DNA of 32,000 bases, from contig NZ_PQWO01000003.1 of assembly GCF_003231495.1 (NCBI RefSeq), positions 210,001 to 242,000 on the forward strand. Direction: 5' to 3'. Both the position numbers and the translations under genes were made by a program. How positions within the stretch are numbered: the first letter of the stretch is position 1; each line of letters starts with the position of its first letter. Source of the DNA: Acaryochloris thomasi RCC1774 (GTDB lineage: Bacteria > Cyanobacteriota > Cyanobacteriia > Thermosynechococcales > Thermosynechococcaceae). The notes under the pieces were generated by a model, which saw only the letters and a program-made list of their open reading frames with translations, made no database searches and was not told where the DNA came from. Below are positions 1 through 8,918 of the stretch, piece by piece.

Positions 1-1
1 G

Positions 2-232
2 ACTGAATCCGGCATTTTGCATCAGATGCAGAAGCAGGCTCCAGGGAAAACCTATATTCCCGCCCCGCCAACACAGAATTGTGCCTGTAATGAATGTCCC
101 TATATGCGCCTGAACACTCTAGAAAAGCTTTATACGGCCATGAAGGAACGCTCCCCTGAGATTACTTTGCCTGAAGAGGTGCGTGTTGCGGCTCTAAAAC
201 CAATGGAGAGAATGTTAGAAATGAGTGCTTGA
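2..232 (+). CDS. nadA: quinolinate synthase NadA, C-terminal fragment (5' end lies outside the window)
   Basis: The frame is open from nt 2 ([11 protein letters not shown]...). The C-terminal [13 protein letters not shown] cysteine motif is typical of NadA. Stop at 230-232, followed by a hairpin terminator. Confidence 0.8.
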   Translation, partial: TESGILHQMQKQAPGKTYIPAPPTQNCACNECPYMRLNTLEKLYTAMKERSPEITLPEEVRVAALKPMERMLEMSA

Positions 233-264
233 TTCAGCCCCAAAACATGGGGCAATAACTAACA

Positions 265-297
265 CCCCCCGCAGCTCAAAAGCTGCGGGGGGTATTT
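265..297 (+). terminator. intrinsic terminator downstream of nadA
   Basis: Perfect 11-bp GC-rich stem: ccccccgcagc (265-275) pairs with gctgcgggggg (282-292) around a 6-nt loop, followed by tattt. Confidence 0.6.
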
Positions 298-299
298 GA

Positions 300-381
300 T
301 GCGGATGGCGAGAATCGAACTCGCAAGGCTTACGCCACACGCCCCTCAAGCGTGCGTGTCTACCAATTCCACCACATCCGC
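300..381 (-). tRNA. tRNA-Leu (anticodon GAG), class II with long variable arm
   Basis: The reverse complement folds as a cloverleaf. Acceptor GCGGATG/CATCCGC, anticodon stem CACGC/GCGTG with loop TTGAGGG (anticodon GAG), variable arm GGC-GTAA-GCC, T arm GCGAG-TTCGATT-CTCGC, discriminator A. No encoded CCA. Confidence 0.9.
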
Positions 382-650
382 TCGCAATTTAACTAGCGAT
401 TGAGTTTCAGAACTCTAGGCTAGTTCAGAAGCTCAATTAGTATACCAACATATTTCCAGTCCTGACCGCCATTTTGGGCGATGCTGTAGCGACATCTGCG
501 AAATATACGTATGTAGGGAGTTTGAAGGCTGATGGCAACCGTCAAAAGTTCAGTGGTTTCCCCTTGGGCAATCTACTTGGGAGTGGCGATAGTGGTGTGA
601 ACAGGTTATTTCACCTCTTTTGAACACATCTATTCTTCCCAGGCTCCCAA

Positions 651-869
651 ATGTCAGTTTCTTTACAGCAGAAGTTTATTGAGTATCTACAAACCGAGCT
701 AGATATACCGACTAACTCCATTACGGTTGTGCAGCGCTGTAGTGGCTACTGTCCAGGTCAGCTCCACATGCTCCTTTGGCAGTATGGGTTGATTACGCTG
801 CAGCAGCTAGAACGAATTTTTGACTGGCTAGAGACGGCTGCGATGCCTGCGGTACCCGCAGAGCTATAG
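651..869 (+). CDS. small conserved cyanobacterial protein, DUF2949-like
   Basis: 72-aa ORF with an ATG start. The motif LLWQYGLITLQQLERIFDWLE matches my memory of the DUF2949 family. The family name is recalled, not searched. Confidence 0.65.
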   Translation: MSVSLQQKFIEYLQTELDIPTNSITVVQRCSGYCPGQLHMLLWQYGLITLQQLERIFDWLETAAMPAVPAEL

Positions 870-977
870 AAATCGTCAGAAGTTGAGCGATTCAATAAAT
901 ATTGAGTGAAAAACAGTACGGTCCCCTCATGATCTGCTCTTGGTCTGTTTCGAGGGTATGAAAGATGATGCTCAACG

Positions 978-1520
978 TCAGATTTTAGAGGTATGCCACT
1001 CTCCTGATTTCCCGCCCTGTTTGTGCAATAGATGAATGTTCTCAATGCGGATCGATTTTTCCAGTGCTTTGGCCATGTCGTAGAGGGTGAGTGCAGCAAT
1101 CGAAACAGCGGTCAGTGCTTCCATCTCTACGCCTGTCTCTGATTTCGTTTTCACGATTGCTTGAATAACATAGCCCGAGCGTTGGGCATCAGGGGTAATC
1201 TCAACCTTAATTTTCTGCAGCGGTAGGGGATGACAAAGGGGAATAAGCTGAGCTGTTTGCTTCGCTGCCATAATTCCGGCTAAACGGGCAGTGCCGAGAA
1301 CATCGCCTTTGGGAGCATTGCCAGCTTCAATAGCGGCAAAGGTTGCCGCGGACATCAGGACTTGCCCCTGTGCGATCGCAACTCTAGCAGTCACCACTTT
1401 TTCGGAGACATCGACCATATGGGCCTGCCCCTGAACATCTAGATGAGTGAGAGTAGGAGAGTCATCATGGGGGGGCTGAAAGCCAGGCCCACCATTCCCC
1501 TCTGTAAATTCTGTTGTCAT
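978..1520 (-). CDS. moaC: cyclic pyranopterin monophosphate synthase MoaC
   Basis: ATG start. Motifs: [57 protein letters not shown] and GGKSGEW. Confidence 0.9.
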   Translation of the reverse strand: MTTEFTEGNGGPGFQPPHDDSPTLTHLDVQGQAHMVDVSEKVVTARVAIAQGQVLMSAATFAAIEAGNAPKGDVLGTARLAGIMAAKQTAQLIPLCHPLPLQKIKVEITPDAQRSGYVIQAIVKTKSETGVEMEALTAVSIAALTLYDMAKALEKSIRIENIHLLHKQGGKSGEWHTSKI

Positions 1521-1553
1521 AGGTACAGCTATGGTAAGATGGAGTTCCTCTGA

Positions 1554-1627
1554 GGGCTTGTAGCTCAGTGGACTAGAGCACGTGGCTACGGACCACGGTG
1601 TCGGGGGTTCGAATCCCTCCTAGCCCG
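1554..1627 (+). tRNA. tRNA-Arg (anticodon ACG)
   Basis: 74-nt cloverleaf. Acceptor GGGCTTG/CTAGCCC has one T-T mismatch. D arm GCTC-AGTGGACTA-GAGC, anticodon stem CGTGG/CCACG with loop CTACGGA, T arm GGGGG-TTCGAAT-CCCTC. Confidence 0.9.
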
Positions 1628-1725
1628 TTTGATTTGTCAGTATACGCTTTCCCCTTGATGTCGGTCAGATGTCTTGGGGGTTTTGCGTATTGGCCGCGTT
1701 TTTCAATTTTATTGCCGGCGAACCG

Positions 1726-2931
1726 CTATTCTAAATCCCGGATAAAATCTAAAAGCTGGTGAGCCATCGATAGCTTGCTACAGTTTGAAACTTCAAGCTG
1801 GCGACCGGTTTTATCAATCAGAGTGGCTTGATTCTGACTGCTGCCAAAGCCGCTGTTGGGCTGGTCTACCGGGTTAGTTGAGATCGCATCCAACCCTTTC
1901 CTCTGCAGCTTGTCTTTAGCCGGTGTCACAATATCTCCGGTCTGAGCCGCGAACCCAATCAGTCTCTGGTGGGGCTGTTTAAGCCGACTGAGTTCCGACA
2001 AAATATCAGGAATAGGCTCTAGAGCTAATGATTCTGGAAGTGACTTTTTGGGAAGCTTTGCCGTCGAGTATTGTGCGGGTTTAACGTCGCCGACTGCTGC
2101 TGCCATGATCGTCCAGTCTGCGGTGGGGAATACTTTTAGGAGTTGCGTTCTCATTTCCTCAGCCCCTCTCACCGCAACAGCATCAATATTTGAGACCCGC
2201 GACAACGGCTCCACCAACGGCCCATGCACCAAATGCACTCTTGCCCCGCGATGCCAAGCGGCCAACGCCAGTGCTACCCCCATTCTCCCCGTAGACGGAT
2301 TACCAATAAATCTCACCGGATCGAGATGTTCACGGGTTCCTCCTGCACTAATTAGCAGCGTCTTACCCGCCAAATCTCGGATACCCTGCGAATGCTGAAG
2401 TGAAGCTAAATAGCTCAGTATATCTGCTGGCTCTACCATACGCCCCAAACCCACCGTGTCGCAGGCTAGTAAACCGGATCCTGGGCCAACAGAGTGATAG
2501 CGCGACTCTTGCTGCAGCTGCTCCCAATTTCGCCGTACTGAAGATTGCTGCCACATCGTCGTATTCATCGCGGGTGCCACTAGAATCGGACAGTCAGACG
2601 CTAAAACCGTATTCGTCAATAAATTATCGGCCAGCCCACAGACAAGCTTAGCCAGCGTATTTGCCGTTAACGGAGCCAAAAGCATGAGATCAGCCCAGTC
2701 CGCCAGCTCAATATGCAGAGGCCGTTCATGGATCGGTTGCCAAAGGCTCATATCGTCATAGACCGGGTAGCGGCAGAGCGTTGTCACCGTCAGCGGCGTC
2801 ACGAATGCCTGAGCGGCCTCCGTTAGCATTACCCGCACCTCTACCCCAGACTTAACGAGGGTAGAAATAACCTCACACATCTTATAGGCCGCAATACCAC
2901 CACCGATGCCAATTAGAATGCGTTGAGCCAC
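1726..2931 (-). CDS. coaBC: bifunctional phosphopantothenoylcysteine decarboxylase / phosphopantothenate-cysteine ligase CoaBC
   Basis: 401 aa with a GTG start. The N-terminal flavoprotein half (ILIGIGGGIAAYK, PAMNTTMW) and the C-terminal ligase half (LLISAGGTREHLDPVRFIGNPSTGRMG) are both present. Confidence 0.9.
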   Translation of the reverse strand: MAQRILIGIGGGIAAYKMCEVISTLVKSGVEVRVMLTEAAQAFVTPLTVTTLCRYPVYDDMSLWQPIHERPLHIELADWADLMLLAPLTANTLAKLVCGLADNLLTNTVLASDCPILVAPAMNTTMWQQSSVRRNWEQLQQESRYHSVGPGSGLLACDTVGLGRMVEPADILSYLASLQHSQGIRDLAGKTLLISAGGTREHLDPVRFIGNPSTGRMGVALALAAWHRGARVHLVHGPLVEPLSRVSNIDAVAVRGAEEMRTQLLKVFPTADWTIMAAAVGDVKPAQYSTAKLPKKSLPESLALEPIPDILSELSRLKQPHQRLIGFAAQTGDIVTPAKDKLQRKGLDAISTNPVDQPNSGFGSSQNQATLIDKTGRQLEVSNCSKLSMAHQLLDFIRDLE

Positions 2932-3177
2932 AGTTTACCGTAGGAAAAGTTTCCCAAAAATATCAACTTGCTCCCCAGAAGCAGCAAACCAGCGAGATCA
3001 TCCAGGGTTTGAAGACTACTCCTAGATACAAATCACCAAAGAAATTGCCTAAAAGGTGCCCCATCCCCCCTAGCCACCCTAAAAAGGGAATAAGAATCTA
3101 AAAATCACCCATCAAACGAGGGGTTTAGAGAGATCTAGCAAGGCTTGATATTAACCCTCAAGCCTCTCGCCCATCCT

Positions 3178-3390
3178 CTAGGACTCGTCAAAAGCTTCTA
3201 AGTCCAGCAGATGCATATAAGGTTCTGCCAACTCTGGCCGCTGAAAGGCAACAGCTCTTAATAGATGCCAGTCACCTAAAGCCGCAAACGGAGTTTCATA
3301 ATCATCAGCATCAAGGCGCTGCGCTAGTTGTTCTACATCTGCAGTTGTGTAGTCGGTTAGCTGTGCTTGTTGGGTGTCAGGAACGCTCAT
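3178..3390 (-). CDS. small conserved cyanobacterial protein, DUF2555-like
   Basis: The motif GDWHLLRAVAFQRPELAEPYMHLLDLEAFDE matches my memory of the family. I chose the ATG at 3390; an in-frame GTG at 3405 is an alternative start. Confidence 0.6.
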   Translation of the reverse strand: MSVPDTQQAQLTDYTTADVEQLAQRLDADDYETPFAALGDWHLLRAVAFQRPELAEPYMHLLDLEAFDES

Positions 3391-3611
3391 AGGGTTGTGC
3401 TTCACTCACTGCTACTATCTTAAGATCAATATCCTCATGTGAGATCAAACTGTTACATCCAGCATCATCGCCCCTTGGTTGTGGGCGCAGCAATCTATTA
3501 CTGCGTACAGCAGTCGTGATACTCTGACACCAGCAAATAGGGCACGGCCCCTCCACAGGCAATCACAAGCGCCACATTTGCATCAGATTATCGGCTAAGG
3601 ATCAAAGCTTT

Positions 3612-4127
3612 ATGGCAGTTATAGACGCGCAAGGTCGTTTGTTTGGCAAAGTTAACATCCTCGACGTAGGCGCGGCCCTTGTGATCTTGTTCGTCGTTTT
3701 AGGGATATTTGTCCTCCCTGGCAGTGGAGGACCCGTTATCGGGAATAGCGGCTCAAAAACCGTTGAGGTTGACGCCGTAGTCCTCGGTCTCAGCGCTCGC
3801 AATCCCAAAGAACTCATCAGGGCAGGTGATAAAACCAGCTTCATCATTCGCAATGCCCCAGCCGGTCAAGTCGATATCAAAAACGTTGAATTTCTACCTC
3901 GGAACCTGGCGATTACCCAGCCCGATGGCTCCGTTAAGCCTCTGCCCGATCCCAGGGTAGAGGCCCAATTTGTCTCAAACTTATTAATCACCTTAGAAGG
4001 CAAAGCCGAAGTCAAGGGCGACAATATTAAGCTGGGCGGCACAGACATCAAAGTGGGCGTCCCCGTCGAACTAGGGGGGCAACAGTACAACTTCAAAGCC
4101 AGCATCATTGATATCAGACCCCAATAA
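3612..4127 (+). CDS. DUF4330-like membrane-anchored protein
   Basis: 171 aa with an ATG start. The N-terminus IDAQGRLFGKVNILDVGAALVILFVVLGIFVLPG (one TM helix) is typical of the cyanobacterial DUF4330 family as I recall it. Confidence 0.65.
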   Translation: MAVIDAQGRLFGKVNILDVGAALVILFVVLGIFVLPGSGGPVIGNSGSKTVEVDAVVLGLSARNPKELIRAGDKTSFIIRNAPAGQVDIKNVEFLPRNLAITQPDGSVKPLPDPRVEAQFVSNLLITLEGKAEVKGDNIKLGGTDIKVGVPVELGGQQYNFKASIIDIRPQ

Positions 4128-4136
4128 CCTAGCGGC

Positions 4137-4934
4137 TCAATATCCTTGAGCCGCAACATCAAGCTGAGGCAGATCAATCTGAACTCGCTGCACCTCGCTT
4201 TCAAAAGTGCCATCCGGGTAAAGCTGTAGCAATCGGAATCCTGGCCGGGTTTCGTCAAGGGCAAACGTTTTTTGGTGCGGTGCAAACTGTACACAGGTTG
4301 AGGGTGTACTCAGATAAGCAATCCCCCGTCGATGCTGTTCAACCTGCTGATGAATGTGGCCAAAAATGGCGAGCTTCACATGGGGATAGCGCTCGACAAC
4401 GGCAAAAAACGCTTCTGAATTTTGCAAGCCCAGATTATCTAACCAAGCTGAGTCAATGGTCACAGGCGGATGGTGCAAGGCAATCAAAGTTGGGTTAGTA
4501 TTTGCCTGCAGTTGCTGCTCTAGCTGCTCTAAGTGCTGCGCTGAGAATTTCCCATGTACCTGCTGAGCGACTGTGGAATCTAGCATCAAAAACTGCCACC
4601 CCCCCATTTGAAAAGCCTTATCGAGATAAATCGGAGGTTGGTTCAAAATAGACGCCATACTGGGCGAATGGTCGTGATTCCCCGGCAGCCAGTAGGTGGG
4701 AATGTTAAGCGGTGCTATTCGCTGTGCTATTTGCTCATAGGCAGCCGACGATTCATCCTGGGCCAAGTCCCCCGTCAACAGAATCACATCAGGCTGCTGC
4801 GGAAGCTGCCTCAGAGCATCTAAAATTGCGGCAAATGACGCCATTGTCTGCAGACCGAGCAGCGTCTGTTCCGGTGTCGAGAACAAATGCAGGTCAGACA
4901 GTTGAGCAACAAGGAGCGGCGAGGATGGGGACAT
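4137..4934 (-). CDS. calcineurin-like metallophosphoesterase, CpdA-type cyclic-nucleotide phosphodiesterase family
   Basis: 265 aa. The metallophosphoesterase motif series is present: LSDLHL, GDLAQDES, PGNHD, HHPP, GHIHQ. Confidence 0.8.
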   Translation of the reverse strand: MSPSSPLLVAQLSDLHLFSTPEQTLLGLQTMASFAAILDALRQLPQQPDVILLTGDLAQDESSAAYEQIAQRIAPLNIPTYWLPGNHDHSPSMASILNQPPIYLDKAFQMGGWQFLMLDSTVAQQVHGKFSAQHLEQLEQQLQANTNPTLIALHHPPVTIDSAWLDNLGLQNSEAFFAVVERYPHVKLAIFGHIHQQVEQHRRGIAYLSTPSTCVQFAPHQKTFALDETRPGFRLLQLYPDGTFESEVQRVQIDLPQLDVAAQGY

Positions 4935-5092
4935 GGGTAAACGGGGCGTCTGTAGTAACCTTCACCAGGACAGTCAATACTTCATTTAAAGATGGCAACA
5001 CAGACTAAGTAACCTGAAAAAATACGGCCATCTAAACTGTTCTAGTTAACCGCGATTGTAGACAGCAAAACACAAAATCAGGGTGATGTATA

Positions 5093-5764
5093 TCACACGG
5101 TTGATTGAACCTGCTGTTCAATCAATTGGCAGCAGTCTTCTACAGAAGCACGTTGGTTCATAGCCGTAACCAAGGCATTATAAGTTTCCCAGTGGGTTTG
5201 AAGCAGTTGCTGCGCTCGCCGACCGGCAACCCGCTCCTTTAAAACCGCATCTCCGACGTCTAGCTGGGTGAGAACGCTCCGCAGGGTTTCGAGATCGTCA
5301 GCGCCTCCTTCCACATTGTCGTAAACCAGCGATTCAGCGACGCCCCCAGCCATCCAGATAGTGCAATAGCGCTCTAGCTCAGAAGCGGTGATGGTTTCGC
5401 CAAAATCTGGCGTCTCGACGCGAACGCCACCTTGACCAGAATGGCCCTGACGAAAGGCTTCCCAGGCTGTCAGGGTGTACCCCACCACCGTAGCGCCCAA
5501 AAGCTGAGCCGTCAGGAAGTGGCCTGCCTCATGGTGAATGACCCGCTGACGATGGGCTGGAGAAAGCTGGGAGAATCCATCTAGCAGGAGTCTGCTCCCC
5601 AAACCATTGAAACCAAAGGTATCGACAGCAGCCAGCACCAACACACCCAGCGTAATCGCGGCTGGAACCGCTGAAGGCAGATTCAGATAGGGACCCAGAA
5701 GAACGGAGAAAGAGAGGAGAGCGACGGAAAGTGCGATCGCATTTAAGGAAGTTTGCTCATTCAT
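5093..5764 (-). CDS. membrane zinc metalloprotease-like protein (HEAGH motif, FtsH/M41 peptidase-domain-like, no AAA module)
   Basis: 223 aa with two N-terminal hydrophobic helices and the zinc-binding motif IHHEAGHFL. Its start overlaps the upstream gene's stop (ATGA at 5761-5764). Confidence 0.7.
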   Translation of the reverse strand: MNEQTSLNAIALSVALLSFSVLLGPYLNLPSAVPAAITLGVLVLAAVDTFGFNGLGSRLLLDGFSQLSPAHRQRVIHHEAGHFLTAQLLGATVVGYTLTAWEAFRQGHSGQGGVRVETPDFGETITASELERYCTIWMAGGVAESLVYDNVEGGADDLETLRSVLTQLDVGDAVLKERVAGRRAQQLLQTHWETYNALVTAMNQRASVEDCCQLIEQQVQSTV

Positions 5765-6522
5765 GGAGCGTCCCCCTCGGCAGCACTAGTCTCTTTGAGC
5801 TTCCGAGCACTATAGAATGTTTTAAGACTCGGTTGATCTCCCACATAGCGCCAGTGCCAAGGCTCGTAGCTCACACCCTGGGAATTCCCCTTAGGGAAAG
5901 AAAGCTCAAAGCTAAAGCGAGCTGCATTGGCCGCTAACCACTTAAACGCGGGCGTCTGATCAAAAGACTGACTCAAGTTTGTAGCAGATCGCGTAGCATC
6001 TCCCAGATCAATGGCATACCCTGTGTGGTGTTCACTATGACCTGGAGGCGCACTCACATCAGCACGCTGCGCCGTCGCTTGGGCACGCTGTTCTTTGACT
6101 TTAAAAAAAAGATAGTTCTGCTCTTCAACCGTACGAAACGCAGAGATGGGCTGGAGACTAACGCCTGCGGCTTTAGCAGAGGCCAGCATCCGCTGATAGG
6201 CTTGGGCCGCCGAGGTTCGTAGCTTCAGGCGTCCGTCAGCAGAGATGGGCTTCAACTCCTGCGGGGGTGCCTCTTCGTAGGATAGATGTCCCAGCAAGTC
6301 ATCCGTGGTCGGCTCTGCAGAAGGCGTCGGGCTAGGTGCTGCAGGAGCAACCTCAGAAATACTCTCAGAGGGATTTGTATTCAAAGCACTCAGCGTAAAC
6401 CATCCCCCCGCAGCCAACACCGCCAGCCCCAAAGCACTCCCCACCCAAACCAAAGGGGTCGCACGCGGTGAGGAGGATTCAGAAACGGGTTGTCGAAAAG
6501 CTTCAGGAATATCGTCGTGCAT
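5761..6522 (-). CDS. D-alanyl-D-alanine carboxypeptidase, VanY / peptidase M15B family
   Basis: 253 aa with an N-terminal TM helix and a Pro/Ser linker. Motifs: SAFRTVEEQ, PGHSEHHTGYAIDL, YEPWHWRY. Confidence 0.8.
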   Translation of the reverse strand: MHDDIPEAFRQPVSESSSPRATPLVWVGSALGLAVLAAGGWFTLSALNTNPSESISEVAPAAPSPTPSAEPTTDDLLGHLSYEEAPPQELKPISADGRLKLRTSAAQAYQRMLASAKAAGVSLQPISAFRTVEEQNYLFFKVKEQRAQATAQRADVSAPPGHSEHHTGYAIDLGDATRSATNLSQSFDQTPAFKWLAANAARFSFELSFPKGNSQGVSYEPWHWRYVGDQPSLKTFYSARKLKETSAAEGDAP

Positions 6523-6742
6523 AGATTCAGCACCTGCGAGCTGAGTATGTCATGAATTGTAACGGTTATCGGGTGCCTAAAGATAGGACGATTCTGTGCA
6601 GAACAGTCCTTCTGAGGCTGCTACCGGGTGCTTATGCTAGCTCAATCGCAGAGGCAATCGCCACCCTCAAAGGGACTAACACCATAGCCACCCAACTAAA
6701 AATAGGGCAAAATTAGCAGTGTTCATCTCAGTGCGCTACGTC

Positions 6743-7414
6743 ATGACTCTTGCATTATTAAAACGCGCTTGGTGTCTCTTGAATAAGAACGCTTGGGCAA
6801 CTCGCGCATTGGCCGGATTGTGCGCTTCACTACTTTGTCTAGGCGTTTTCAGCGTAGCTCCCGCTGCTGCAGGAATTACCGACGATCATTTTGATGGCAA
6901 TATTTTCGTTCTGTACGCCAGCAACGGTTCATTAGTGCCACCTAGAAGCAGTCTCGCTGAGTCCAAACAGAGAGAGCGGCCTTCTGTGCTGATGTTCTAC
7001 ACCGACGATAGCTCAGAGTGCAAGGATAATTCCTTGGTGATCTCGCAGCTGCAGGCCTTCTATCGTCAAAACGTTAACTTTATGCCCATTGGCGTTGATA
7101 CGCTTCCGGCGGAAAACACTTACACCCCTGAAGAAGCAGCCTATTACTACAACGGCTCCTTTGTGCCTCAGTTTGTCGTCATTGACCCTGAAGGCAACGT
7201 TGCACTCGATCGGGTGGGACAGACCCCCTACGAAGTCATCGACGATGCACTTCGAGAAATCAAAGACCTTCCACCCCGCCCAGAATCCTTTGCCATTGAG
7301 CGTCCGGCTTTTTCACCGTCACCCAGTGCCGACACGACCTTTTGGACGGCCCCTGTTAGAGGGATCGAGGGTATTGATAACGCTGACTTACCGGCTCCTG
7401 CCACTCGCAGCTAG
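6743..7414 (+). CDS. exported thioredoxin-fold protein with monothiol SSEC motif
   Basis: It resembles the cyanobacterial family annotated as thylakoid membrane photosystem I accumulation factor. There is a signal-like N-terminus ending AAA. Motifs: DDHFDGNIFVLYASNGSLVPP, and FYTDDSSECK in place of the thioredoxin WCGPCK. I chose the ATG at 6743; a GTG at 6719 is an alternative. Confidence 0.6.
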   Translation: MTLALLKRAWCLLNKNAWATRALAGLCASLLCLGVFSVAPAAAGITDDHFDGNIFVLYASNGSLVPPRSSLAESKQRERPSVLMFYTDDSSECKDNSLVISQLQAFYRQNVNFMPIGVDTLPAENTYTPEEAAYYYNGSFVPQFVVIDPEGNVALDRVGQTPYEVIDDALREIKDLPPRPESFAIERPAFSPSPSADTTFWTAPVRGIEGIDNADLPAPATRS

Positions 7415-7547
7415 AGCAACCGGCGACCTATTTCCTTGTAAAATAAGGTTCTAAATTCTAAGTCACGACTTCTATCTATGTGATGGAAGCGCGTAGCAGG
7501 CTTTGGGCAACGAACCACTCAACTTCACTCTGATTAAGGAGACTGCT

Positions 7548-8846
7548 TTGCTGACTGACACTTTGAATACCACGAAGTCAGAAGACATTTTTGCCGCCGC
7601 TCAAAAGCTAATGCCCGGTGGCGTTAGCTCCCCTGTGCGGGCTTTCAAATCTGTGGGCGGTCAACCCATCGTCTTTGATCGGGTCAAAGGCTCACAGGTT
7701 TGGGATGTTGACGGCAACCAGTACACGGACTACGTGGGCACCTGGGGACCGGCAATCTGCGGTCATGCTCACCCTGAAGTACTATCGGCACTCAAAGAAG
7801 CCCTTGAGAAGGGAACCAGCTTTGGTGCGCCCTGTGCCCTAGAGAATGTCCTCGCCGAAATGGTGATCGAGGCAGTACCCAGCGTCGAAATGGTACGCTT
7901 CGTCAACTCTGGTACAGAAGCCTGCATGGCTGTGCTGAGACTGATGCGGGCCTTCACGGGGCGCGAGAAGCTGATTAAGTTTGAAGGCTGCTACCACGGC
8001 CATGCAGACATGTTTCTGGTGAAGGCCGGTTCAGGGGTCGCAACGTTAGGACTACCGGATTCTCCCGGCGTGCCGAAGGCGGTCACCAGCAGCACTTTGA
8101 CAGCCCCCTACAACGACCTGCAGGCGGTTCAAGAGCTATTCGCAGCTAACCCAGGAGAGATTGCAGGCGTTATTTTGGAGCCCGTGGTAGGCAACTCTGG
8201 CTTTATTGCCCCTGATGCTGGTTTCTTAGCGGGTCTACGAGAGATCACGAAGGACGAAGGTGCTCTCTTGGTTTTTGATGAGGTGATGACCGGCTTCCGG
8301 ATTGCCTATGGCGGCGCTCAGGAGAAGTTTGGCATCACGCCCGATCTAACCACGCTGGGTAAAGTAATTGGCGGTGGTCTACCAGTGGGTGCCTATGGCG
8401 GACGGCGCGACATTATGAGTATGGTAGCCCCTGCGGGCCCAATGTATCAGGCGGGTACCTTATCGGGTAATCCTTTGGCGATGACGGCAGGCATCAAGAC
8501 GCTGGAGCTATTGGGACGCCCTGGATCCTATGAGCAGCTTGATAAGATCACCGGAAAATTAATTACGGGGCTTTTGCAAGTTGCCAAGGACAACGGCCAT
8601 GCGGTCTGTGGTGGACACATTAGCGGAATGTTTGGCCTATTCTTCACCGAAGGTCCAGTTCACAACTATGAGGATGCTAAGGCGGCAGACGCCCAGAAGT
8701 TTGCCAAGTACCATCGAGGAATGCTGGAGCAGGGCATTTATCTTGCCCCCTCAGCTTTCGAAGCGGGCTTTACATCTTTGGCTCATACCGAGGAGGATAT
8801 TGACCGAACGCTGAAGGCCGCTCAGGTTGTGCTGTCTTCAATGTAG
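7548..8846 (+). CDS. hemL: glutamate-1-semialdehyde 2,1-aminomutase HemL
   Basis: Near full-length match to remembered HemL ([38 protein letters not shown], and the PLP-lysine region [10 protein letters not shown]). I chose the TTG at 7548 because AAGGAG lies 6 nt upstream and it gives the usual ~433 aa. The ORF-track start at 7503 is an alternative. Confidence 0.93.
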   Translation: MLTDTLNTTKSEDIFAAAQKLMPGGVSSPVRAFKSVGGQPIVFDRVKGSQVWDVDGNQYTDYVGTWGPAICGHAHPEVLSALKEALEKGTSFGAPCALENVLAEMVIEAVPSVEMVRFVNSGTEACMAVLRLMRAFTGREKLIKFEGCYHGHADMFLVKAGSGVATLGLPDSPGVPKAVTSSTLTAPYNDLQAVQELFAANPGEIAGVILEPVVGNSGFIAPDAGFLAGLREITKDEGALLVFDEVMTGFRIAYGGAQEKFGITPDLTTLGKVIGGGLPVGAYGGRRDIMSMVAPAGPMYQAGTLSGNPLAMTAGIKTLELLGRPGSYEQLDKITGKLITGLLQVAKDNGHAVCGGHISGMFGLFFTEGPVHNYEDAKAADAQKFAKYHRGMLEQGIYLAPSAFEAGFTSLAHTEEDIDRTLKAAQVVLSSM

Positions 8847-8864
8847 GTTCGAGAATAGTTTCAT

Positions 8865-8906
8865 AAAAAGGAGGGTGTTGAAGTCGGCACCCTCCTTTTT
8901 ATTTTT
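8865..8906. terminator. bidirectional intrinsic terminator between convergent hemL and the Pro-rich protein gene
   Basis: 13-bp perfect stem: aaaaaggagggtg (8865-8877) pairs with caccctccttttt (8888-8900) around a 10-nt loop, then attttt. It has an A-tract 5' and a T-tract 3'. Confidence 0.7.
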
Positions 8907-8918
8907 AAAATCGTCAGA

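Noticed and set aside
300-381. Possibility of a group I intron in tRNA-Leu, as known for cyanobacterial tRNA-Leu(UAA).
   Set aside because: The anticodon here is GAG and the 82-nt gene folds contiguously, so no insertion is present.
382-650. 269-bp non-coding gap between tRNA-Leu and the DUF2949-like gene, inspected for a structured RNA (6S, SRP, riboswitch) or a MITE.
   Set aside because: I could recognise no conserved RNA motifs, no terminal inverted repeats and no strong hairpin. It is probably promoter space for the two divergent genes.
758-1099. 113-aa minus-strand ORF bridging the DUF2949-like gene and moaC.
   Set aside because: It overlaps two better-supported genes in other frames and is Ser/Cys/Arg-rich, which is not protein-like. 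The same reasoning applies to 2048-2651 (antisense to coaBC), 3602-3853 and 3866-4294 (overlapping the DUF4330 and phosphoesterase genes), 7089-7454, 9320-9810, 23343-24148 and 31550-31924.
2963-3064. 33-aa hydrophobic minus-strand ORF (MGHLLGNFFGDLYLGVVFKPWMISLVCCFWGAS) between the DUF2555-like gene and coaBC.
   Set aside because: The G-run abuts the ATG with no proper spacing for a Shine-Dalgarno sequence. The ORF resembles no known small photosystem or cytochrome subunit, and I have no conservation evidence. It is noted only as something a small-ORF screen could revisit.
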